Positions 1 to 10,375 of a DNA stretch of 64,000 bases are shown one piece after another. A model generated the notes under the pieces. It saw only the letters and a program-made list of their open reading frames with translations, did not search any database and was not told the origin of the DNA. Position 1 is the first letter of the stretch. Each line of letters starts with the position of its first letter. The stretch spans positions 3,315 to 67,314 of the forward strand of contig JBGTNM010000180.1 of the NCBI GenBank assembly GCA_041743025.1, read 5' to 3'. A program made the position numbers and the translations under genes. This stretch comes from Microcystaceae cyanobacterium. GTDB lineage: Bacteria > Cyanobacteriota > Cyanobacteriia > Cyanobacteriales > Microcystaceae.

Positions 1-250
1 TACGAACGGAAACACTTTTAAGAAAATCTAAAGCTAGTGAACCATCTGTACTGCCGCCATCAGCAATAATGACATCGATTATTTGGGAAATTGTTTGCAT
101 ATTTATTAATTGGTTTCTAATTTTCTCACCTTCATTAATAACAAAAATACAAACACAAAAAAGGCTTTTTTTAGGCGATAACTCTTTCAGGCTGTAATCC
201 GGTATTTGCCAAGATTTAGAAAGGTGCAATAAAGGGTCAGAACTCATCAT
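1..250 (-). CDS. Glycosyltransferase family 2, N-terminal part (gene runs off the left edge)
   Basis: Own translation of the minus strand from the ATG at 250 gives MMSSDPLLHLSKSWQIPDYSLKELSPKKSLFCVCIFVINEGEKIRNQLINMQTISQIIDVIIADGGSTDGS... and stays open to position 1. This is a GT-A style N-terminus (FVINEGE, DGGSTDGS). It is absent from the ORF track because it is truncated. Confidence 0.6.
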   Translation of the reverse strand, partial: MMSSDPLLHLSKSWQIPDYSLKELSPKKSLFCVCIFVINEGEKIRNQLINMQTISQIIDVIIADGGSTDGSLALDFLKSVSVR

Positions 251-258
251 TTTTTTGA

Positions 259-1257
259 CTAAAGTTTAATGTCTTTTGAATCATGAACAATATTATGCCG
301 ATCTTGCTCAGTGATTAAAACAGAGCTATTTTTTTCATCAGAAATATAATAGTTTTCCCAGCCTCTTGATTTAACAAACATTAAACCCACATATTCACAC
401 AAAATTGCTAAAATAATTGATATAAAAAAAAACATGATAGCATTTTGCATGGATAATGTTACCCAGCCTTCAGCAACTTTTTTTTTGACAAGATAAACCA
501 ACACAATATAAATCATATATAATAAATTAAATAAACTTGCCAATAGACTTAGGTAGCTCGCTAATCGGAGTGGATGAACAGAGTTCATAAAAATAATCTG
601 TAACCCTAAATTAAAAGAAGCTATCAAACTTCTTGATTTAACTCTTTTATATCTTTTAATAGGCTTATAAACAAAAGTTTTACTTTTGTATCCAACATAA
701 GCACTTAGGAGACGCAAGTAACAATTTTTATCTTGAGCTTGAGTAATCGCATTAGAAACTTGACGACTAATTACACAAAAATAGGTGGCATTTTTCGTTA
801 AGGGAATTTTAAACACTGTTTGACAGCATCCATAAAATAGATTAGTTCCTATTCTTGTCCAGAAGGGTTCTCCTGAACGATTTGGCAGTACACCCATTAA
901 AATATCTTGTCCTGCTCTGCACTCTTGGATTAAGCTAGGAATTAACTGGGGTGGATCGCAAGAACCTAACATGATGATTATAAAATCTCCAATCGCCGAA
1001 TCGAGTCCAGAAGAAATAGCAACTTCTGTACCAAAATGTCGAGAAAGATTAATAAGTCTAATGCCTGCGTATTTTTTTAACAGGGAAGTGACTTGTTGTG
1101 CTGTGTTGTCTTCTGAGCCATCATTGATGAGAATCAATTCATAAAAAATATAATTAGTTTTTAAGATTTCAATAATCTCGCTCACAAACGCTTCGATAAT
1201 TTGAGCATCGTTATAAAGTGGAACTATAACAGAGATAAAACAATCAAAGCTAACCAT
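259..1257 (-). CDS. Glycosyltransferase family 2, polyprenyl-phosphate glycosyltransferase type (ArnC/GtrB/DPM1-like) with C-terminal TM helices
   Basis: 332 aa. GT-A N-terminus (ISVIVPLYNDAQ, LINDGSEDNT). Two hydrophobic C-terminal helices (LRLASYLSLLASLFNLLYMIYIVLVYL, AIMFFFISIILAILCEYVGLMF). The stop overlaps the start of the upstream gene (1257). Confidence 0.8.
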   Translation of the reverse strand: MVSFDCFISVIVPLYNDAQIIEAFVSEIIEILKTNYIFYELILINDGSEDNTAQQVTSLLKKYAGIRLINLSRHFGTEVAISSGLDSAIGDFIIIMLGSCDPPQLIPSLIQECRAGQDILMGVLPNRSGEPFWTRIGTNLFYGCCQTVFKIPLTKNATYFCVISRQVSNAITQAQDKNCYLRLLSAYVGYKSKTFVYKPIKRYKRVKSRSLIASFNLGLQIIFMNSVHPLRLASYLSLLASLFNLLYMIYIVLVYLVKKKVAEGWVTLSMQNAIMFFFISIILAILCEYVGLMFVKSRGWENYYISDEKNSSVLITEQDRHNIVHDSKDIKL

Positions 1258-2393
1258 TAAGCGATCATATCCTCATTTTGCAAAAATTGCAGTTCGGCAG
1301 GAATATCATAAACGTTATCAATTTTTCCACCCAAAACACTGATTAAATTAGGTAGACTTGGGTTTCTGTTAAAAAGGATAGGTCGGCTGTCATCTACTTC
1401 ACTTTGAGGTAAAGTAGTTTTGATTACCCAAAGAGAATTAATATACACACAATCTTGAAGAATCGATAAATACCGGGTTCCATCTCGAATCATATAAGGA
1501 TAATTTGTCTGAGGCTTGTACTGATGATAGATTTGCTCAGTCGAACTGACACAGGAAGCAGTATCCTGCCAATAATAAGTAGGAGTATAGCGTACATGAC
1601 TGAGCGTGTGAAGGTGTTGAGACGGAAAAGGCATCAGTGAAAAAAAAGGCCCGCACATGACGGTAATTCCCAAATTTTTTAAAAGAGGAGGAACGTCAAC
1701 CAGTGCCATTTCTGCAAATTCGTGCTTTAGAGGAATAATCGGCAAATCAGAAGCTGACAATATTCTATTGAGAGATGAGTAAGTACAATTAAAAATATAT
1801 TTTGTTTTAAGCGAAGAAAGTCCTATTTTAGAATTTAAGATTATTTCTATCTCTTGAGAATCAGCACGATAATCTAAGTGAGTCGCTTCGGTCTGTAGTT
1901 TAACTTCGATCGCGGCACTTTCTAGTTCTTCATAAATCCTGTTTTTAAGTTTCAGCGCGTCAAAAACATATTCTTTTGTATAAAAAACTTCTTCAATTAA
2001 ATGACTATTAAAAAGGTTTTTAATTGAGGGTTGGGCGGGAGTAAGAGGAATGGCAATCAATTTACAAAAATTTTTAAATTGAGAAAGATTAATTTTGGAA
2101 AATTTTTTACCAATTGCGTAATAGTTAGTAAAATCACTAAAAATACACTCTCGATACTCATTAACAAACTTAGGAAAATTAATTTTAGAACGCCATGCTG
2201 TTAAAATACTGCGAGGATAGTGATAGCCATGATGTACTCTAGCTTGGTTAGCATAAGAAGCGCGTTGTAACAGATCTGCTTCTTTTTCCAAAATGATAAT
2301 ATTTTTTAAATACTTTTTTAAATATATCGCAACTTTACACCCAAAAAAGCCGCCCCCTATAATAATAGCATCATATTTTTTAGACTGATTCAT
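1257..2393 (-). CDS. FAD-dependent oxidoreductase
   Basis: 378 aa. N-terminal dinucleotide-binding fold YDAIIIGGGFFGCKVAIYLKK...IILEKE. In an operon with the PKS genes and GT2. Confidence 0.65.
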   Translation of the reverse strand: MNQSKKYDAIIIGGGFFGCKVAIYLKKYLKNIIILEKEADLLQRASYANQARVHHGYHYPRSILTAWRSKINFPKFVNEYRECIFSDFTNYYAIGKKFSKINLSQFKNFCKLIAIPLTPAQPSIKNLFNSHLIEEVFYTKEYVFDALKLKNRIYEELESAAIEVKLQTEATHLDYRADSQEIEIILNSKIGLSSLKTKYIFNCTYSSLNRILSASDLPIIPLKHEFAEMALVDVPPLLKNLGITVMCGPFFSLMPFPSQHLHTLSHVRYTPTYYWQDTASCVSSTEQIYHQYKPQTNYPYMIRDGTRYLSILQDCVYINSLWVIKTTLPQSEVDDSRPILFNRNPSLPNLISVLGGKIDNVYDIPAELQFLQNEDMIA

Positions 2394-2425
2394 ATTAACC
2401 TCAAAAGATCAATTAATAAAATTTT

Positions 2426-5400
2426 TCAAACCAGCCCAATCAGCTTTTCTAATGTTAAGTGAATTTGCGCCTCTGTATGATCACAAGTGATGAAAAAACG
2501 TAATCGAGCAGCATCATAAGGAACAGAAGGATAAACCATTGGCTGAACATTAATTCCTTGCTCAAAAAGCGCATTACACAACTCAACGGCTCGCCGAGGT
2601 TCACCGACAATAATCGGGATGATAGATGCCCCTTGGCTGACTCCTGTATTGAGTCCTAAATTTTGGGCTAACGTTAGAAACAGTTTAGCGCGATCACGTA
2701 AACGTTTAACCCGTTGAGGTTCAGCTTGGATCTGTTGAAGGGCAGCTAAAGCAGCAGCCGTGTTTGCCGGAGAAATTCCGACACTAAAAACAAAACCAGG
2801 AGCCGTATATTTTAAATACTCAACCAAAGTCTCAGACGCGGCAATGTAACCGCCACAACTTGCCAAAGATTTACTGAGTGTTCCCATCCACAAATCGACA
2901 TCGGTAGGAGCCGCCCCGAAATGTTCTCCAATGCCTCGGCCAGAATCGCCTAAAACACCGATTGAATGCGCTTCATCCACCATTAAAAAGGTTTTATATC
3001 GTTTTTTGAGGTCAATCAAGCGAGGTAAAGGTGCGATATCTCCTTCAGCACTGTAGATTCCTTCAACAGCGATTAGCACTTTCTCATAGTTAAGACGATG
3101 CTGTTGTAAAAGTTGTTCTAAAGTTTGCCAATCATTGTGAGGAAATTCAATCATTTTGGCACGTGAGAGTAAACAGCCCTGGCGAATGCTATTGTGACTC
3201 AGAGCATCGTAAACAATGAGATCGTTTTTGCCAAACAAATGCCCAATTGTAGTTACATTGGTCGTATGCCCACCAATATAGACAATACAATCTTCTGTCC
3301 CTAAAAAATTGGCAATCGCTCGTTCTAGCTCTCGATGTAAAGGAATTTCGCCCGATAGCACCCGACTGGCTGAAACAGAAGTCCCATAACTGGCGATCGC
3401 CGCCTGAGCCGCTTGGCACACCACAGCACTCCCTGATAGCCCTAAATAATTGTAACTGGCATAATTGATCAATTCCTGACCACCAATTCTAATCAGATGG
3501 TTAGCAACCCCCGTGTAAGGCATAAAAAAGGGATTGCCAATTTGTCCGGCGGTTTCTAAATCCTGTTTTAAGGCCAAATACTCACTAGAAAGATTGAATT
3601 GATAAAAATGTCTGGGAATTTCGGACAAATCCTCTAAAAAAGTCAGAATCTCCAGCTTTCCGTTCCTTTCTTCTCCTACTCTCTTCGTCCAGTCTTCTTC
3701 AATGAAATTGATCGGCAAAACCGGTTCACTGATGGCTGGCGATAGTGGCATTTCTTCTGCTGTCTTGCCCAAAATCTCCTGCAACAGATAGTCTGTTAGT
3801 AAGGCGATCGTCGAATAATCAAACGCCACATTCGCCGTTAAAGAAATTCCTAAATCGGCTTGTAAATTATTTTTAAACTCGACTGCCATCAGGGAATCCA
3901 GCCCATAATCAGCAAAATCCTGCTGAGAATCGATACTTTCAGCCGAATTGAACCCTAAAACCCTGGCAATTTGCGCTTGCAAATATTCCCCTAACTGACT
4001 TTTTTGCGCTTGGGGAGAAAGAGAGGCTAAAGTTTGCAGAACTTTAGGTTGCTGTCTTGGGAAGAGGTTTGGCTCAATCTCCGTTTCTTGAGCGATTGGC
4101 TTAAGTAACCCAAAAAAAGGCGATTTATGGGGAAATTTAGCTAAAAACTGCTCCCAATTGACTAGCAACACCCCAATCTGTGTTACGTCTTGCGCTAATA
4201 GCTGTTCTAAAATCTTTAATCCTTCATCGGGGGGAAGGGGCATAATGCCTTGAGCCTTCCATTGTTCCTCTAACGCGCTTGCCATACCGGTTTCAGCCCA
4301 AGGGCCCCAATTAATACTCAATCCTGGCAAGCCTAAACAACGGCGATAGTGCATCAAGGTATCCATAAAGCTATTAGCCGCTCCATAATTCCCCTGCCCA
4401 AAAGAACCTAAGCAAGCTACCATCGATGAAAAACACACAAAAAAGTCTAAAGAACAATCTTGAGTTGCCGCGTGCAGGTTCCAGGTCCCAGCCACTTTAG
4501 GCTGCATGACAGCGTCAAAGCGTTGCCACGACTGTTTGAGGAGAATTCCATCATCGAGAACACCAGCCGCATGAATAATTCCTCTTAACGGTGGTTCAGT
4601 CTTTTTGCGCCGTTGGGAGGCTAACAAGCGATTGACTGCCGAGGGATTAGCTACATCCGTTTTGACTGTTCTAACCTGCGTACCTGCTTGTTCTAATCGA
4701 TTAATGACGGCTGCCGCTTGGGATGAAGGCTCACTCCGCCCAGTGAGAATCAGGTGCTTTGCCCCTTGTTGAGTCATCCATTGAGCGACTTGTAGCCCTA
4801 ATGCTCCCCATCCCCCAGTGATTAAATAAGTAGCATCCGAGCGAATCGACACAGAGGGTGAGGGGAGAGAAATGACGACTTTACCAATATGTTTTGCTCC
4901 TGCCATATAGCGGAAAGCTGACACCGACTCCTCAATCGGAAACACCGTAGCGGGCAAGGGTTTTAAACGCCCTTGGGTAAATGCCTGCATGAGTTGTGTT
5001 AGCATCGCCGTGATTAAACCGGGCTGTTGCTGAGCGAGATCGAGTAAATCGAAGATAAAGTAAGTAATATCAGCGCGTTTTTGCCTTACTTGCTCAGTGT
5101 CCCAAACGCCAATTTTTCCAATTTCCACAAATCGACCGCCAGCCGCTAGAAGTTCCAAACTTTTAGCCATAAAATCGCCATTGAGGCTATTGAGAACGAC
5201 ATCAACTCCTTGCCCTTCAGTCTGCGCTAAAATCTCGTGAGCAAAAGCCAGCGTCCGCGAGTTAAAAATATGCTCAATCCCCTGTGATTTCAGAGTGTCC
5301 CATTTAGGAGGACTAGCTGTTGCAAAAACTTCTGCCCCCACTTGTTGCGCTAACTGTACAGCCGCTTGTCCTACCCCACCGGCGGCGGCATGAATTAAAA

Positions 5401-8400
5401 CGCGATCGCCGGCTTTGATTTTAGCCAGATAATGTAAGCCATAGTAAGCCGTCAAAAAAGTGCTAGGAATGGTGGCTGCTTCCGTAAAACTCAGGAATTT
5501 AGGTTTAGGAACCACAAAAGATGCTTTGACTCGAACATAACTGGCTAAACTTCCCAGGGCAAACGCCGCAACCACTTCATCCCCCACTTGTAAATCTGTC
5601 ACCGCTTCGCCTCGCGCGACAATGGTGCCAGCACATTCTCCCCCAAACGGAATCGCTGTGGCATCTGTCAATCCCATCTGCTCTAAATAGGCTTGCAGCA
5701 TCCCCAGCGCATTGAGGACATCGCGAAAATTCACCCCAGCCGCTTGCACTTGAATTTCGACTTCATCGGCAGCAGGGGAGCAGCGCAATAAAGGAACGAG
5801 CTTCAGGCGATCTAGGCTGCCATATTGGTCAATTTTTAGTTGAATTAGCTGATTTAGTGGGGATGCGGCTTGTGCCGGTAACAATCGAGGGACATAACGG
5901 TTTCCTTGGCGGTAGGCGATTTGATCTTCTCCATCAGGAGAGCGTACCTCCGCCAGTAAAATTTGCTCATCTTCTAAGGCGAGTTCAGCCTCGAAATCAA
6001 GACAAGTACAAGCTAAATCGGGATGTTCTAGGGTAATAACTTGTCTTAGCCCCCAAAGACTTCCTTGTTGAGGCGCGATCACGAAGTGGCGCTGCGCGAT
6101 CACGCTTTTTTGATGATCTGTAATCGCTTGAGTCGCTCTTGTCACTAGCCATAAATGAGGACACTTCTGAGGAGGCAACTGAGAGAGAGCTTGAATTAAA
6201 TAGATGACACTACCACAGCCCAACCGTTGCGCGGCTTGTAAATTGGCGAAATTGATGGATTTTTCAGGCGTTGCTCCCCAAAGATGAATAATACCATCAC
6301 AAATAAACAAGTTTTCTTGAAGATCTTGGAATAATTGCTCAAAATCTGCTGGTTGCGTGGGATTGAGTTGGTAACCCGCCGCCAATTTTTCATAGGATTG
6401 AGCCGGAAAAACCAATAGAGTGCGATCACCTTGTTTCCTCAAGCTTTCGGCTAACTTTACGCCTAAACCAGCTTTATCAGCAAAAATCAACCAATGGGAT
6501 AATTTAACCGTTGCTGCCGTCTTTCTCTTGCTCGGTTGCCAAACGACTTGATAAAATAAGTTAGCCTGACTTGATTCTGCGGCTTGAGAAAGAGATGAAT
6601 TGGCAATCGTCGGTGTTTTTTTGAGATCCGTCAGAAGGCTGCTCGCTTCTGAGGCTGGGGAAAGGAATTGACGTGCGATCGCTCGTAGCGTAAAGCCTTG
6701 AATCTCCCCAATCAACTGCCCTTGCTCATCCCAAAACTGAAAATTAGCCTTGAGGGTATTGCCGCGAGATTGAAGAGAGCCATAACTCCACAAACTACCA
6801 GAAAAAGACTCAATTAAAGTGAAACGATCTATCCCAATCGGCAAAAAAGTCTGATCTGTCCTTTCATCGGCTAAAATAGCCCCCAAAACCTGCCAAGCAG
6901 CATCTAGCAACGCGGGATGAATCTGATAGGCTTCTGGCACTAACGACGCTGGCAACTGAATCCAGCCTAATGCTTGCCCAACACCCCGCCAGAGTTTTTG
7001 AATGCCTTGAAAAGCCGCACCATAGACAAGTCCTTGCTTTTGACATTGCTGATAGTGTTCACTGACTGATAGCGGTTGAGTGCATTGCTGTTGTGCTTGG
7101 AGCAAACTCATTAAATTACGAAAACTAGGCTGGCCAAGCCGAATTTTTCCTTGAACATGGCTAATTTTGTGGGTTGGATTGCTGATTTGAAACTGATAGC
7201 GATCAGCAGATTCGGCAGTGAGGGTGATTTGGAGGGGAGATGTGGTTCCCAAGGGCAAAAACAGGGGGCGATCAATTTGGATAGTTTCTAACCCAATGGC
7301 TGACTGAGGAAAAAGCTGTTTTCCTGCTGCCAGAGCCATTTCTAGATAGGCTGAGGCAGGAAAAAGGGGGGTGTCATCCCAGCAATGATCTTGCAGGTAA
7401 GCGGGGGAAGTCGCACTAATTTGAGTTTGAAAACAGATGCCCTCACCACTATTTGAAGCTAATCGTTGCCCCAATAAAGGATGAGCAAGCAAGTTAACGT
7501 CAGTTGAAGTTTGAAGGAGATTGTAACCTTCCCACCAATAGCGTTGACGCTGAAAAGGGTAAGTCGGTAAATGCAGAAAACGGCGGGGATAATAGGGTAA
7601 ATTTGAGGTTCCGCCCGTTTCAAAACTCGCCCAATCAATTGACACACCCGCCAGATAAAGTTCTCCCAGACTGTGCAGTAATTGTTGCCAGTCAGAACAA
7701 CCTGAGCGTAAACTAGGCAACCATAGCGGCGTTGGCAAGAGAGCATCTGATGCCCAGATAGCTTGCCCCATGCCTAAAAGAACGGGTTGGGCTCCAATTT
7801 CGAGCAAAACATCACAGCCATATTTTTGTAAAGTCTCGACGCTATCAGCAAACCTGACAGTATGACGTAGGTGCAGACACCAGTATTCAGGCGTTGCCAT
7901 CTCGTCAGCGATCGCTTCTCCAGTGAGATTGGCAATTAAAGTTAGGCGCGGTGGATGGTAGGTAATTTCTGAAGCAATTCGCCTAAATTCGGCTAATATT
8001 GGCTGCAATAGGGGAGAATGGAAGGCATGAGAAACGGGTAGAGGAATCGTTTTAACCCCTTGCGCGTTCAATTGAGTGGTGACAGAGGCGATCGCTATTT
8101 TCTCCCCCGATAATACCCAACTTTGCGGGCCGTTGTGCGCCGCAATCGAGAGCGTGTCGGGGAAAGAGGCGATCGCCTGCCGAACAGTAGCGGCATCGGT
8201 TAAAACCGCCACCATCGCCCCCTCAGCCGGGAGTGATTGTATCAATTTGCCGCGTTGGGCGACTAATCGCAAAGCGTCTTCTAAGCTAAACACACCTGCC
8301 AGACAAGCGGCGACATACTCCCCTAAACTATGACCCATTACCACTACTGGAACAATCCCCCAAGCCATCCACAACTGTGCTAGAGCATATTCAAGAGCAA

Positions 8401-10231
8401 AAAGAGCCGGTTGAGTATAGGCTGTTTGGTGAATACAAGCGGCAAGTTCATCGCTAGCAGGATAGAGCAGATCGATTAAGGAAAGATCAAGGTAATCTTT
8501 TAAAATGTCTGCACAGCGATTAATAATTTCTTTAAATAACGGTTGGGTTTCGTAGAGTTCCCGCCCCATATTAGCTAATTGAGAACCTTGTCCGGTAAAT
8601 AAAAAAGCAATGTGTCGGGAGGGGGATTCAGCAAGTTTGTTATATTGCCAATTTGAGATCGGGGCTTGAGAATTGGGATGGGAAAGCGTTTTTTGGCCAA
8701 ATTCTCCTAAAAATTCGGCAAATTGCTCTTTTTCTTGGGCTATCAGGACGAGACGGTGGTTAAAAAGAGAGCGTCGGGTATTGGCACTAAAACACACATC
8801 AGCTATTGAGGTAAGCGGATGGGATTCTAAAAAGGTTTGATAGCTTAGGGCTAAGGCTTTAAGAGCGGTTTCGCTTTTCGCTGAAAGTGTCAACAAATGC
8901 CTTGGACGATCTTGCGTGACTAGCGGTTTGGCTTCATCAGGGTCGCGAGGAGCTTCTTCGAGGACAATATGGGCATTAGTTCCCCCGAAACCAAAGGAAT
9001 TAACGCCTGCTCTTCTGGTTCCCCCACGGTTTGGCCAAGGAATTAACCTCTGCTGTACCTGTAAAGACAATTGCGTTAAATCAACTGCCCGATTCGCTTC
9101 TCGAAAATGCAAACTCGCTGGAATCTGTTGATATTTGAGGGATAGAGCCATTTTAATCAAACCTGCAATCCCGGCGGCGGCTTCCAAGTGACCGATATTC
9201 GTTTTGACTGAACCGATCAAGCAACTATCTGCGGGTGAACGAGCTTCCCCTAAAACAACACCAAGAGCTTCTAATTCAAGGCGATCGCCGACTTGGGTTC
9301 CTGTTCCATGCGCTTCAATATACTGAACTTGGCTGGGTTTGATGCCTGCTTGTCGGTAAGCTTCTCGTAAAACCGCAATTTGAGAGTCCCGATTAGGGGC
9401 TGCCATCCCTTCTGTGCGACCATCTTGATTGACAGCACTGCCTCGAATCACAGCATAAATCGGATCGCCATCTGCTTGTGCCGCGCTCAGAGGTTTCAGC
9501 ACCACCATCCCGGCTCCTTCACTGCGGACATAGCCATTAGCTCGCTCATCAAAGCTTTTACAGCGACCATCTCCCGACAGATAGCCGCCTTTGGTCAACC
9601 CAATCGTGCCAAACGGCAACAGCAAGACATTAACCCCCCCAGCTAACGCTAAACACGATTCCCCTCGCCAAAGGCTCTGACAAGCGAGATGAACCGCCAC
9701 CAAAGAGGAAGAACAGGCGGTATCGACTGCCAAACTTGGCCCTTTTAAATCCAAGCTATAGGAAATCCGATTAGCGGCAATCGAGTTAGCCGTTCCCGTC
9801 GTGCCGTAGGGATCGTTAATCGGTTTCTGCCAGAGCAAAACTGAATACTCATGAGTGCTAATGCCAACGAAAACGCCAGTAGAAGTTCCTGCCAATTGGG
9901 CTGGAATTTGTCCCCCATCTTCTAAAGCTTCCCAAGCGACTTCTAAAATGAGTCGCTGTTGAGGATCCATTGAGGGAACTTCCCTCGGTGCAATGCCGAA
10001 AAATTGCGGATCGAAGCCATCGATCTGTTCTAAAAATCCTCCCCAACGCGCATTGGTTTTATCAAGCTTCGTCGGATCGGGGTCATAATAAGCATCAATA
10101 TTCCAACGGGAAGAGGGAACTTCACTAACGGCATCAATTCCCTCCTGCAATAGTCTCCAAAAAGCTTGCGGGCAATCCGCTTGGGGAAAACGACAGCCGA
10201 TACCGATGATGGCAATGGGTTCTAATGACAT
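2426..10231 (-). CDS. Type I polyketide synthase, KS-AT-DH-ER-KR-ACP fused to a C-terminal PLP alpha-oxoamine synthase (AONS / serine-palmitoyltransferase class) release domain
   Basis: 2601 aa. Motifs read in the translation: KS (DTACSSSLVAVHLA, EAHGTGTQVGD, KTNIGHLEAAAG). AT (FLFTGQGSQ; GHSLGE at 8319-8336; VSHAFHS, malonyl type). DH (HPLLGQRL, LQDHCWDDTPLFP). ER (LIHAAAGGVGQAAVQLA). KR (YLITGGWGALG). ACP (GLDSLMAVEF). The last ~400 aa resemble BioF/Spt/Kbl (VDEAHS, GTLSKSLASCGGY with the PLP lysine, about 2860-2884). No thioesterase. Confidence 0.95.
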   Translation of the reverse strand: MSLEPIAIIGIGCRFPQADCPQAFWRLLQEGIDAVSEVPSSRWNIDAYYDPDPTKLDKTNARWGGFLEQIDGFDPQFFGIAPREVPSMDPQQRLILEVAWEALEDGGQIPAQLAGTSTGVFVGISTHEYSVLLWQKPINDPYGTTGTANSIAANRISYSLDLKGPSLAVDTACSSSLVAVHLACQSLWRGESCLALAGGVNVLLLPFGTIGLTKGGYLSGDGRCKSFDERANGYVRSEGAGMVVLKPLSAAQADGDPIYAVIRGSAVNQDGRTEGMAAPNRDSQIAVLREAYRQAGIKPSQVQYIEAHGTGTQVGDRLELEALGVVLGEARSPADSCLIGSVKTNIGHLEAAAGIAGLIKMALSLKYQQIPASLHFREANRAVDLTQLSLQVQQRLIPWPNRGGTRRAGVNSFGFGGTNAHIVLEEAPRDPDEAKPLVTQDRPRHLLTLSAKSETALKALALSYQTFLESHPLTSIADVCFSANTRRSLFNHRLVLIAQEKEQFAEFLGEFGQKTLSHPNSQAPISNWQYNKLAESPSRHIAFLFTGQGSQLANMGRELYETQPLFKEIINRCADILKDYLDLSLIDLLYPASDELAACIHQTAYTQPALFALEYALAQLWMAWGIVPVVVMGHSLGEYVAACLAGVFSLEDALRLVAQRGKLIQSLPAEGAMVAVLTDAATVRQAIASFPDTLSIAAHNGPQSWVLSGEKIAIASVTTQLNAQGVKTIPLPVSHAFHSPLLQPILAEFRRIASEITYHPPRLTLIANLTGEAIADEMATPEYWCLHLRHTVRFADSVETLQKYGCDVLLEIGAQPVLLGMGQAIWASDALLPTPLWLPSLRSGCSDWQQLLHSLGELYLAGVSIDWASFETGGTSNLPYYPRRFLHLPTYPFQRQRYWWEGYNLLQTSTDVNLLAHPLLGQRLASNSGEGICFQTQISATSPAYLQDHCWDDTPLFPASAYLEMALAAGKQLFPQSAIGLETIQIDRPLFLPLGTTSPLQITLTAESADRYQFQISNPTHKISHVQGKIRLGQPSFRNLMSLLQAQQQCTQPLSVSEHYQQCQKQGLVYGAAFQGIQKLWRGVGQALGWIQLPASLVPEAYQIHPALLDAAWQVLGAILADERTDQTFLPIGIDRFTLIESFSGSLWSYGSLQSRGNTLKANFQFWDEQGQLIGEIQGFTLRAIARQFLSPASEASSLLTDLKKTPTIANSSLSQAAESSQANLFYQVVWQPSKRKTAATVKLSHWLIFADKAGLGVKLAESLRKQGDRTLLVFPAQSYEKLAAGYQLNPTQPADFEQLFQDLQENLFICDGIIHLWGATPEKSINFANLQAAQRLGCGSVIYLIQALSQLPPQKCPHLWLVTRATQAITDHQKSVIAQRHFVIAPQQGSLWGLRQVITLEHPDLACTCLDFEAELALEDEQILLAEVRSPDGEDQIAYRQGNRYVPRLLPAQAASPLNQLIQLKIDQYGSLDRLKLVPLLRCSPAADEVEIQVQAAGVNFRDVLNALGMLQAYLEQMGLTDATAIPFGGECAGTIVARGEAVTDLQVGDEVVAAFALGSLASYVRVKASFVVPKPKFLSFTEAATIPSTFLTAYYGLHYLAKIKAGDRVLIHAAAGGVGQAAVQLAQQVGAEVFATASPPKWDTLKSQGIEHIFNSRTLAFAHEILAQTEGQGVDVVLNSLNGDFMAKSLELLAAGGRFVEIGKIGVWDTEQVRQKRADITYFIFDLLDLAQQQPGLITAMLTQLMQAFTQGRLKPLPATVFPIEESVSAFRYMAGAKHIGKVVISLPSPSVSIRSDATYLITGGWGALGLQVAQWMTQQGAKHLILTGRSEPSSQAAAVINRLEQAGTQVRTVKTDVANPSAVNRLLASQRRKKTEPPLRGIIHAAGVLDDGILLKQSWQRFDAVMQPKVAGTWNLHAATQDCSLDFFVCFSSMVACLGSFGQGNYGAANSFMDTLMHYRRCLGLPGLSINWGPWAETGMASALEEQWKAQGIMPLPPDEGLKILEQLLAQDVTQIGVLLVNWEQFLAKFPHKSPFFGLLKPIAQETEIEPNLFPRQQPKVLQTLASLSPQAQKSQLGEYLQAQIARVLGFNSAESIDSQQDFADYGLDSLMAVEFKNNLQADLGISLTANVAFDYSTIALLTDYLLQEILGKTAEEMPLSPAISEPVLPINFIEEDWTKRVGEERNGKLEILTFLEDLSEIPRHFYQFNLSSEYLALKQDLETAGQIGNPFFMPYTGVANHLIRIGGQELINYASYNYLGLSGSAVVCQAAQAAIASYGTSVSASRVLSGEIPLHRELERAIANFLGTEDCIVYIGGHTTNVTTIGHLFGKNDLIVYDALSHNSIRQGCLLSRAKMIEFPHNDWQTLEQLLQQHRLNYEKVLIAVEGIYSAEGDIAPLPRLIDLKKRYKTFLMVDEAHSIGVLGDSGRGIGEHFGAAPTDVDLWMGTLSKSLASCGGYIAASETLVEYLKYTAPGFVFSVGISPANTAAALAALQQIQAEPQRVKRLRDRAKLFLTLAQNLGLNTGVSQGASIIPIIVGEPRRAVELCNALFEQGINVQPMVYPSVPYDAARLRFFITCDHTEAQIHLTLEKLIGLV

Positions 10232-10375
10232 AAGTGCCTGTGCAAAATAAATGACTATTTTTTAGCTAAATCGCGGGAAGCCTCGCGCTCTAATCTTTGA
10301 GTCAGCATCGGGAGTTGTTACAGAGAACAGGCCTTGTATTAACTTTTATCATCAGTAATTTAGCTTTAAAATAGT